Shown here piece after piece: positions 11,948 through 19,533 of a stretch of DNA of 64,000 nucleotides. The stretch lies in sequence record OR538032.1; one strand, 5' to 3'. Every line of letters begins with the position of its first letter. Positions within the stretch are counted from its first letter, which is position 1. The notes beneath the pieces were generated by a model. It saw only the letters and a list, made by a program, of their open reading frames with translations, searched no databases and was not told where the DNA came from. Position numbers and translations under genes: made by a program.

Positions 11948-13402
11948 ATGTCAAGTATTAATATACCTGGATTCGGTTACTCGGCTGTACCTGAATCGCC
12001 AAACGATGGGCAGCTATACGGTAGACGAAATGCCACATGGGAGTTAATTGCTCTCTCAGACGGTGTGTTAGAAGCACCCGCAGACGGACAAGAATATGTT
12101 CGAAAAGATTTTCAATGGGTTTTGCCAACTTACCCAACTTATACCGCAAGTAATATTAGCCTAACGTCGTCGTTATTCGCGTCAACGAATGTTCACGATG
12201 CGCTTGAGGAACTTTACTACGAAAACCCACTCAATGTCGTACTTGTTCGCAGCGAAGATGATCTGCCAGCCCCACAAGTGATCAATGGTGTGTTGACGCA
12301 CAAACTCGAAGAAAAGGAATATGTCATTGATGGTAATGTTACGATTGCAAATTCACTAGGGTTTCCGGGAGCGGGGATTAGTGCAACGATTAAAGCGATA
12401 AACCGTTCGGTGTTGACTTATACTGGAACCGATGCCATGTTCTATGATCTAGGGGCACAAGGAAATATTGAAATCGCTGGTCAGACTGAGTTCCAAGCCC
12501 CGAATGCCGACATGTTCAATTTGATTTCTGGTGCGGGTGGTTTCTCATTTCAGTCACGGTATGCTGACCGATTCAATAACTGTGACCGTCTAGGTGAAGT
12601 TTACTGCGGCGGATTATCTACGATTGTGTTCAATAACGGTACATTCAGAAACTTCAATCAAGGGCTTGTTGTTCACGACCCGGGCTTTTTTGAAGTAAAC
12701 ACGTTCTTCGTATTCGGTAATAACCAAGCTGGATGCACATATTTCACAGTACAAGGGACATCATCAACTGGCTCGATTAACATCGACACAGTGACATGTT
12801 CTATCGGGACAAATGAGACAATTTTCAATTTCAACCCGAATATTCAGGCAACGATTGATACGATCAACGTTCGAAACTGTAGTCTTCGTGGACCACTGAA
12901 CGGTAAGCTATTTGCACCGGGAAGCTTGACACCGCGTGATTTCAAATTTGAAAGTCTTGGTAACACTCTTATCCCAAATACGGTTCAGGGTGGTTTATTG
13001 TCACTATCTGGCAATGCGACCCCAACTGTAGTCGGTGCAGTAAATACTCCAACACTTGCGGCAGGTACATGGGTTGTTCAAGAAACATCACATTTCATAG
13101 GTTCAACGGGAGGTCGTTTGACTTCTCAAGTAATCAGAGATATTTCGACTAGTATTGATGCGTCAATTACGGTTGAGCCATCATCGGGTCAGGGTATTGT
13201 AATTCGCGCATACTTAGCTAAAAACGGCGTTCCAATTGCCGCTAGTGCGAAAACAACGACGGCTGATAGTGGCAGAGAGGGCTTCTTGTCATTGACATGG
13301 CAAATGGACATATCTAAAGACGATTATATCGAGTTATTTGTTGAAAACCGTTCTGGTTCAACGTCGATCATTGTCACAGATGCTGCGTTACGCATCCCGT
13401 AA
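11948..13402 (+). CDS. putative trimeric fiber/decoration protein (2x foldon, beta-rich middle, C1q/BclA-like tip)
   Basis: VPESPNDGQLYGRRNATW and LEAPADGQEYVRKDFQW resemble the fibritin foldon; STNVHDALEEL fiber motif; C-terminal YLAKNG ... DDYIELFVEN jelly-roll pattern. Confidence 0.7.
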   Translation: MSSINIPGFGYSAVPESPNDGQLYGRRNATWELIALSDGVLEAPADGQEYVRKDFQWVLPTYPTYTASNISLTSSLFASTNVHDALEELYYENPLNVVLVRSEDDLPAPQVINGVLTHKLEEKEYVIDGNVTIANSLGFPGAGISATIKAINRSVLTYTGTDAMFYDLGAQGNIEIAGQTEFQAPNADMFNLISGAGGFSFQSRYADRFNNCDRLGEVYCGGLSTIVFNNGTFRNFNQGLVVHDPGFFEVNTFFVFGNNQAGCTYFTVQGTSSTGSINIDTVTCSIGTNETIFNFNPNIQATIDTINVRNCSLRGPLNGKLFAPGSLTPRDFKFESLGNTLIPNTVQGGLLSLSGNATPTVVGAVNTPTLAAGTWVVQETSHFIGSTGGRLTSQVIRDISTSIDASITVEPSSGQGIVIRAYLAKNGVPIAASAKTTTADSGREGFLSLTWQMDISKDDYIELFVENRSGSTSIIVTDAALRIP

Positions 13403-13438
13403 TAAATATAATTGAATGAATAAATTTGGAGATTCACA

Positions 13439-13930
13439 ATGAGTCAATTGAAAACACACGCAGATTCACTAACTAAAGCCGAACTAGATGAGTTTGCACA
13501 AGAATATTACGGCATCGAGCTTGATCGTCGTAAATCAAAAGGCGCTATGACTAAAGCTCTTCTTGAAGGCGCTGAAGGTAAAACTCCGCTGAAGCAACTT
13601 CCATGGGAAGAACTTCTTCTTGAAGAAACACCTGAGCCAGTCGTAGAGACGAAAGTCAAAGAAGAATCCGAAGCTGTTAAAGTTGAGCTTCCGAAAGATG
13701 ATTCTTTCGAGCCTCTACCACTACCTTTCAAACGCGGTCATGAACGTTTCATGATTGCGTCTGATTCTGCCGTTGAATCGGCAAAGGGAATTGTTGCAGG
13801 TAAAGCCTCGCTTGACGATGTGCTTGCATCAGATCTTCGCGTAGTTAAATCAATCTTGCATTATGTCGAGCAAGACGGCAAGGTGCTAGTGCGTGAAACT
13901 CGCAATAGTCAATTCATCACAATTAAATAG
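13439..13930 (+). CDS. inh: inhibitor of prohead protease, copy 1
   Basis: N-terminal ELDEFAQEYYGIELDRRKSK and C-terminal KSILHYVEQDGKVLVRETRNSQFITIK match T4 Inh; AATAAATA at 13401-13408 upstream. Confidence 0.85.
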   Translation: MSQLKTHADSLTKAELDEFAQEYYGIELDRRKSKGAMTKALLEGAEGKTPLKQLPWEELLLEETPEPVVETKVKEESEAVKVELPKDDSFEPLPLPFKRGHERFMIASDSAVESAKGIVAGKASLDDVLASDLRVVKSILHYVEQDGKVLVRETRNSQFITIK

Positions 13931-13938
13931 GAACTGAA

Positions 13939-14271
13939 ATGACAACACCAATCAATACTGATATGAACCTTGCAGTCACTCTTGATGATTTGACTGTAGC
14001 AGCGGCAATCGCTGCGAAAAGTGGGTACGATGATGTGACAACTTCCGCGCTAAATCACGCGGGTGAGTCATACATCATTGTAGACAAGCAAACTTATGAA
14101 GAGCTTAAAGCTGCGATTGAGACTGCTAGTCCGCTGAGTTCAATTACTGGTCTTTCTCAAGAGTGCATTGACATTCTAGCAGGAGCAGTTGATTCAGCAA
14201 CGACACTTTGCCGCGAACACACTAACAGTCGATTCTTCCGAATCGCATGGACTGTTACAGTAACGCCATAA
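13939..14271 (+). CDS. hypothetical protein
   Basis: 110-aa ORF with AGGA RBS, followed by a terminator. Confidence 0.75.
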   Translation: MTTPINTDMNLAVTLDDLTVAAAIAAKSGYDDVTTSALNHAGESYIIVDKQTYEELKAAIETASPLSSITGLSQECIDILAGAVDSATTLCREHTNSRFFRIAWTVTVTP

Positions 14272-14274
14272 TAG

Positions 14275-14301
14275 AAAAGCCCGCATTTAGCGGGCTTTTT
14301 T
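14275..14301. terminator. bidirectional terminator
   Basis: AAAAGCCCGC-ATTTA-GCGGGCTTTTTT between convergent genes. Confidence 0.88.
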
Positions 14302-14329
14302 GTGTCTACGAGACGCGCTGTAAGCGATT

Positions 14330-15514
14330 CTAAGCGACGAACGCTACGCGCTGTACGATTGTCTGTTTTTCGTCGCGAAACTCGTCGTGAGCTTTTACAG
14401 TCGCTTTTACAGTTACTGTAGTGCCGTTCTCAATCGTTTCGCCGTCTTTGTCACGTAGGCGAGTTGAGCCAAACCACACGATTAGGTTGTTTTGTCCGTC
14501 GCGGAAATGATGAATGAACGTGTCGCCATAGTAGCCTTCAGATACGATGACTTTTTCAAGTGTCACATTGAAGTTTTCACGTTTTTTGATAGTACCGACG
14601 TGCTCAGATTCTGGTAACTCTGCTTTACGTTCAGCTTCGCGTTTAGCTAGAATCTCACGCTCTTTTGCTTTGTTAAAAGCCAAGATAGCTGCTGCAATGT
14701 AACCAGTTTGCTTGTACTCGATGAATGGAGCAGCACATGACGCGATAACATTGTGCATGAAATCGTTCGTCGCTTCTTGAGTTGCAACCCATTCTAAGAT
14801 CTCTTTTGCTTGCTCTTCACACTTATCGTAATCGTATTCAGCAAGCATTGCATCACGCTCTTCACGCAGTGCTGGTGAACCAACATTAATCATGTCGATA
14901 ACCCACTGACGAGTCACGCCACCACCATGGTAACAGCCTTTGTGCTTAACATACATAGCAGCCCATGTAACAATCTGAAGTGCGTTGTATGAGATTTTAC
15001 GAGAACCACCACCCCATGACTCTTCATCGCCGAAATCAGCGATTGCAGTGTAGAACGTAGCTAGTGAGTCGATGGATTTAGTTGGTAGGTAGTATTTCAA
15101 GCATGAACCACCAACGCGCATTTCTTCTTTCGTCTCTTCATTTTGAATGACGTAAGTTACATTACGCTGACGCTTAGAGTTGCAGTGATCGCAAGTTGTG
15201 TCACCTAGAAGATGACGATGATTAGTCTCGTTGTTAGAGCGAACAAGATTTGTTGCGTGGTCAAGTTGAGTCAAGAAAGACCAACCTTTAGTTGACGGGT
15301 ATTCACCGCGAATAGTAACATCAACGTAATATTCACGATATTTTTGATGATTGATGATAATGATTTCTGAGTATACTTCACCGAACTCAAATGTGATTTC
15401 AGCAACACCAAGACGTTTTGCAATCTTGTTAGTAGATGCAACACGCGCTTCGAACTCGCTCATGTAGATTGATTTGATTGTGTAAGTGTTTTCGAATTTG
15501 TTTAGTGAAGTCAT
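14330..15514 (-). CDS. hypothetical protein with CxxC...C motif and C-terminal OB-fold-like domain
   Basis: CDHC ... VGGSCL; C-terminal EHVGTIKKRE ... VKATVKAHDEFRDEKQTIVQRV. Confidence 0.8.
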   Translation of the reverse strand: MTSLNKFENTYTIKSIYMSEFEARVASTNKIAKRLGVAEITFEFGEVYSEIIIINHQKYREYYVDVTIRGEYPSTKGWSFLTQLDHATNLVRSNNETNHRHLLGDTTCDHCNSKRQRNVTYVIQNEETKEEMRVGGSCLKYYLPTKSIDSLATFYTAIADFGDEESWGGGSRKISYNALQIVTWAAMYVKHKGCYHGGGVTRQWVIDMINVGSPALREERDAMLAEYDYDKCEEQAKEILEWVATQEATNDFMHNVIASCAAPFIEYKQTGYIAAAILAFNKAKEREILAKREAERKAELPESEHVGTIKKRENFNVTLEKVIVSEGYYGDTFIHHFRDGQNNLIVWFGSTRLRDKDGETIENGTTVTVKATVKAHDEFRDEKQTIVQRVAFVA

Positions 15515-15556
15515 AATATTCTCTCTTGTTGTGGACGATTCGTTTCGTTGATAGAG

Positions 15557-15585
15557 ATATTACGGCTTTTTGGTATAGTCGTCAA
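15557..15585 (-). promoter_or_regulatory. sigma70-type early promoter
   Basis: TTGACG-N17-TAATAT on the minus strand upstream of the ORF starting at 15514. Confidence 0.8.
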
Positions 15586-15622
15586 CCATTAGATACAAAA
15601 AAAGCGCAAAAATGCGCTTTTT

Positions 15623-16585
15623 TTATTTGTCGAGCATGAATATTGTCACATCATCTTGAGATTCAAACGATGGTTTGTAACCGTATTGCGGTCCAAGACG
15701 TTTGAATAAACGCTTGTACAGACTGATTCGTTTCTCGTTTCCATCTTTGATTGATGTTGCAATTGTCTCACAGTTGTATTTCTTAGCAAAGTTCACTGTT
15801 TCATTGACTACCGTTGCAAATACTTGCATTGGGTTTTCAGAAGCAGTCAGATCATTAGTCCAGCCACTCTCACCGCGAACTTGAAAATGCACCTCAACAG
15901 CTTGTACAAACTCAGGCGGATTGAAATTGAAAATCTCATCATTACCACCCCAATCAATGCCTCGCGGTATTAGAATGACGCGATAAACTTGTTTACCTAT
16001 CTGAAATAGACCCTCGATTGGTTTCTTGTCACCCACGAGAACGTCGCCTTTCGGGTACATGACTTTCGCGGGCTTGTCAAGTGATTCCGTCAAATTAACC
16101 GAAGACAGCCACTCGCGCCATGTCTTTTTATTTCCGATTTTCGCAAACGGAATATCGTCATGGTCTAGCCACTGTGCCGAGCGGTCATACGACTGAGAAG
16201 TATCAAATCCACGGTAATCATCGCCAACCCATAGCCATTTATGATGCCAGATTTGATTGACTTGACGTGGCTTAGAAACAGCACCGTCTTTGTAAGTGAT
16301 CATCATACCCGCGGCTGGTTCCTGTACAGTGTCAAATTCAACTGAGTCATAGAACGCAACGCCACCTTTTTTATAGTCAATTCGGACAATGTTCGGTGTG
16401 AATTGCGGATTTGCTATTGATACTTGAGTACGAGCATCAGCAACCATTTGCTTGAACTCGTCAGGAACATAGTCAACGTGAACATATAATGAACCGCCAA
16501 TGTCTTTACCAACGCCCCATTTGCTGCGTTTTACTGCACTACCTTTTCGGGTTTTTAATGTAGCGCGTTCAAAAATTATGCTCAT
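15623..16585 (-). CDS. two-domain hypothetical protein, putatively capsid-packaged
   Basis: 320-aa ORF in the operon after TCTAAATA; internal LTE-SLDKP junction; C-domain resembles ORF 60736. Confidence 0.8.
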   Translation of the reverse strand: MSIIFERATLKTRKGSAVKRSKWGVGKDIGGSLYVHVDYVPDEFKQMVADARTQVSIANPQFTPNIVRIDYKKGGVAFYDSVEFDTVQEPAAGMMITYKDGAVSKPRQVNQIWHHKWLWVGDDYRGFDTSQSYDRSAQWLDHDDIPFAKIGNKKTWREWLSSVNLTESLDKPAKVMYPKGDVLVGDKKPIEGLFQIGKQVYRVILIPRGIDWGGNDEIFNFNPPEFVQAVEVHFQVRGESGWTNDLTASENPMQVFATVVNETVNFAKKYNCETIATSIKDGNEKRISLYKRLFKRLGPQYGYKPSFESQDDVTIFMLDK

Positions 16586-16587
16586 TA

Positions 16588-17181
16588 TTACCTCGTTGCT
16601 GCGTTTGTGATATTTCTGATCATACGCACTGCGAATTGAGTGTCGCCTGTCATGGCTGCTGACGCCGCCTTATCGACGTAAAACGTGCTATCTTCGATCA
16701 TGTTCAAGTGATGGTAGATTTCACGAAAATCATGGCGGTCGAACTCTTTAGTGGTGAAACGAAGCGCGCCTGCTTTCTTGTCATCGTCGTGAACACGTTT
16801 GTATTCATCAATGACTCGAATCATTTCACTAGCGTATTTCTTCATTTCCATGTTATCGAGCTTCAAACGTTTTGCTGCTTGAATTACCTCGTCACGAGGA
16901 CGCTCAAGTTCAATCGCATCTTTAAGAATGTTCAGGCTGTGAATGGTATTCACTGCTGCCTTTTCCATTTGTAATTTGTGATCTTCAAGCGTTCGATTAT
17001 GCTTTCTCAACTCACCAGTTGCGGTAGCACTTGCAATCAAGCCAGCAAAAACTCCCCAGAACCCGCCTTTACGCTGCAAGCGTTTCTTAACTTCGCCTTT
17101 CGAACCTGCTGTAATTGCTTGAAATTGAGCCCATTTGCCGCTTTTTCTTGCTTTATCCATTTCTGTTAAAAATTCAATCAT
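16588..17181 (-). CDS. hypothetical protein with CTS-like N-terminus
   Basis: MIEFLTE start; hydrophobic GGFWGVFAGLIASATATG; GGGG RBS. Confidence 0.8.
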   Translation of the reverse strand: MIEFLTEMDKARKSGKWAQFQAITAGSKGEVKKRLQRKGGFWGVFAGLIASATATGELRKHNRTLEDHKLQMEKAAVNTIHSLNILKDAIELERPRDEVIQAAKRLKLDNMEMKKYASEMIRVIDEYKRVHDDDKKAGALRFTTKEFDRHDFREIYHHLNMIEDSTFYVDKAASAAMTGDTQFAVRMIRNITNAATR

Positions 17182-17206
17182 AGTTTTAACCCCTTATTGT
17201 TTACTG

Positions 17207-17214
17207 TATTTAGA
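17207..17214 (-). promoter_or_regulatory. late promoter variant TCTAAATA
   Basis: TATTTAGA on + strand, just downstream of a terminator and 26 nt upstream of the ORF starting at 17181. Confidence 0.65.
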
Positions 17215-17222
17215 CGTAAACG

Positions 17223-17249
17223 AAAAAAGGGCGACCGAAGTCACCCTTT
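17223..17249 (-). terminator. intrinsic terminator
   Basis: minus strand AAAGGGTGAC-TTCG-GTCGCCCTTTTTT. Confidence 0.88.
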
Positions 17250-17263
17250 AACAGTTGGTTAAA

Positions 17264-17890
17264 TTAACCGTAGATTGCTTTGATGTTATCAAAGAACGAA
17301 GAAGATTTATTTACCTTCGCGATTACGTAGGTAGCATTCATCCGAACCATGTTCGATACGTTGATTTTTTCAAGCTCTTCTTTATCGAGATTTGCATCAG
17401 TGACAAGTTTTAGAATGTCGCGTGCATTGTCTCGCAATGCAATTGATGTCAGATAGCGAATTTGCTGCTTTGCTTCAAGTGATTTGAATGCATCAATCGC
17501 ATCTTGACCAGCAACTGCAACTGAAAGACCCAGCCCGCGATTAAGTGCGCGAGTCAAAAGCTTCTCCATGCCTTCGATTGGCTTGCGTGGCGTCGCTCGT
17601 TTTGGGATGTCGATAGCTAGACGACCTTTGTTTTTCAGCGAGTAAACGTGAACTTCACGAACGCCGTACTTCTCAAATCGTGTTACGATGATCTCATCAG
17701 AGTTCTGTACGTTATCTTGTACACGTCGTCGTAGAGTTTCGTTGTACTCGCCGCCATTTAGTGCATAGACAAGTTCAGCAACGGTTAGATCACGATGTGA
17801 AAGTAGCTCGATAATCGCAGGGCGAAAGTTTTTGCTGCTAACTTTGTCATTTGAAGCAAGTGCTTTGCGTACGATTTCAACGTTTTTCAT
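17264..17890 (-). CDS. hypothetical protein, possible N-terminal winged HTH
   Basis: IIELLSHRDLTVAELVYAL ... REVHVYSLK pattern; GAGAG RBS. Confidence 0.75.
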   Translation of the reverse strand: MKNVEIVRKALASNDKVSSKNFRPAIIELLSHRDLTVAELVYALNGGEYNETLRRRVQDNVQNSDEIIVTRFEKYGVREVHVYSLKNKGRLAIDIPKRATPRKPIEGMEKLLTRALNRGLGLSVAVAGQDAIDAFKSLEAKQQIRYLTSIALRDNARDILKLVTDANLDKEELEKINVSNMVRMNATYVIAKVNKSSSFFDNIKAIYG

Positions 17891-17906
17891 AATATATTTC
17901 TCTCAA

Positions 17907-18182
17907 TTAAATTTCTTTCTCAACGGGAACTTGAATTTCATCAAATTGCGTATCGTGGTATTGCTCATACGCTTCGTGAAAGCTATCAAGTTCATCGTCA
18001 ACTATAATCTGTTCGCCGGTCTCGAAAACATACATGATGCTATCGTATAAACCAGTGGCAGTATTGTACATTGGTTCAGTTGTGAATCTCACACCGCACG
18101 GCGTGAAAAGCTCAATTCTGACTTCAGGGACTGGGACTTGCTCTGCATTGTGTACTGCAAAGGCTTGTTCTAATCTAGTCAT
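17907..18182 (-). CDS. hypothetical protein (acidic)
   Basis: ATG at 18182 after GAGAG (track starts at 18215). Confidence 0.7.
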   Translation of the reverse strand: MTRLEQAFAVHNAEQVPVPEVRIELFTPCGVRFTTEPMYNTATGLYDSIMYVFETGEQIIVDDELDSFHEAYEQYHDTQFDEIQVPVEKEI

Positions 18183-18243
18183 AATGTGCTCTCTGTATTG
18201 TCTCAACGAAAACAAGTTTAGGTCAAGACAATACTAATGTCAA

Positions 18244-18732
18244 TTACTTTTTGCGCCATTTTGCAAGTTTTTCATCGTATTCACTGTGCTTCCACAAATC
18301 AAACACGATAGTACCGCTCTGGAACCACCACACAAGTGAGATTGTATCATTCAGCTTAGGATCTTTAGGGTTCTTTCCTAAGTAAAGCTCAGTACTCGGG
18401 TGCGAGTGGTAGATTGCTTTTTTGACAGCGAACTTATATCCGCCTTCTGGCATACCAATTTCTTTCGGTGGGTAGATATTACCCAGATACGCTACTTGAT
18501 ATACTGTGTTTTTGAACACAACACGAGCCGAGTCAATATTGAAAAGCAAGTTTTGATACTTAGCAGCATTCGGGGCAATCTTCCATTTATTCTTAGGCTT
18601 GGTTTCGAGTAGTTTATCAATCTCGGGTTCTGGTATCAATTTACCGAGATTGTGATTTCCCCATTCTTCCTCAAGAGAAAGACTAATATGAATGCCGTAA
18701 AGCGTGTTTTCATATTCGTTAAATCGAAGCAT
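18244..18732 (-). CDS. hypothetical protein with CTS-like N-terminus
   Basis: MLRFNEYE start; in the late operon downstream of inh2. Confidence 0.75.
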   Translation of the reverse strand: MLRFNEYENTLYGIHISLSLEEEWGNHNLGKLIPEPEIDKLLETKPKNKWKIAPNAAKYQNLLFNIDSARVVFKNTVYQVAYLGNIYPPKEIGMPEGGYKFAVKKAIYHSHPSTELYLGKNPKDPKLNDTISLVWWFQSGTIVFDLWKHSEYDEKLAKWRKK

Positions 18733-18736
18733 GTTG

Positions 18737-19255
18737 TTACCTCAGATAAGTGAAGCTATTTGAATTGCGTTCATGAACTAACAATTCACCGCGAAGCTTA
18801 ACCCAATGTTCAATTGTCTTTAGATCGTGCGAGTCTCGACGACCGATGTGCCAATCATGAATGATTTCAGCCGATAACGGTTGATATAATTCATCACCGC
18901 GACGATATGTAGGCATCCATTTAGGCTTGAATTCATCTTCAATATCAATTTCGACCTTAATCGCATCAACTGGATCGACTAGAACTACGTCAACACGTTC
19001 TAAATGCTCGTGAGAATCAACGTCAACGCATTCAGCGTCTTTAGCATCTGATTCATCGACTAAATCACAACGAGTCTCAGAATCAATTACAGCGCATTCT
19101 AGCGGTACTTCGGTTTGAGCTACGATTTCATGAGCGATAAGCTCTTCGATCATTTTGCTCTTTGTAAGGGATTTGTCAAGCTCGATGTCATAATGTTTCA
19201 ACGCGAATTCAGCGACCCCTCTCTTAGTCTGTTTCTTTAGATATTCAGTAATCAT
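18737..19255 (-). CDS. inh: inhibitor of prohead protease, copy 2
   Basis: AEFALKHYDIELDKSLTKSKMIEEL and LKTIEHWVKLRGELLVHERNSNSFTYLR; AAGGA RBS before ATG 19255; adjacent to uvsW as in T4. Confidence 0.8.
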   Translation of the reverse strand: MITEYLKKQTKRGVAEFALKHYDIELDKSLTKSKMIEELIAHEIVAQTEVPLECAVIDSETRCDLVDESDAKDAECVDVDSHEHLERVDVVLVDPVDAIKVEIDIEDEFKPKWMPTYRRGDELYQPLSAEIIHDWHIGRRDSHDLKTIEHWVKLRGELLVHERNSNSFTYLR

Positions 19256-19263
19256 ATTATTCC

Positions 19264-19470
19264 TTAGCACGTAATAGTGACCCATTCGTTTTGGTTCAAA
19301 TCAAAGAATGTCAGAGTATCGACACAACGTTCATTCTTCCTCATTTCTTCGCGATTCTTTTCAAGAACAGGCAAATAATGCTTGCACAATGTGCCGTGAT
19401 ATTGGCACCCGTCGCGTTCTAATTTAAGACATCCTTGCGTCATACAGGACATCATTTCTTCTCGTGTCAT
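19264..19470 (-). CDS. small Sm/WYL_2-like hypothetical protein
   Basis: GTL...P ... DTLTFFDLNQNEW pattern recalled from WYL_2 (DUF2693)-like phage proteins. Confidence 0.6.
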   Translation of the reverse strand: MTREEMMSCMTQGCLKLERDGCQYHGTLCKHYLPVLEKNREEMRKNERCVDTLTFFDLNQNEWVTITC

Positions 19471-19483
19471 GATTTTAGACCTC

Positions 19484-19491
19484 TATAAATA
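19484..19491 (+). promoter_or_regulatory. late promoter TATAAATA for uvsW
   Basis: exact consensus. Confidence 0.85.
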
Positions 19492-19501
19492 CAGTTATAC
19501 A

Positions 19502-19509
19502 TATTTAGA
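19502..19509 (-). promoter_or_regulatory. late promoter variant TCTAAATA for the 19470/inh2 operon
   Basis: TATTTAGA on + strand. Confidence 0.65.
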
Positions 19510-19533
19510 CAAAACTCGCATAGAGAGAAAAAC

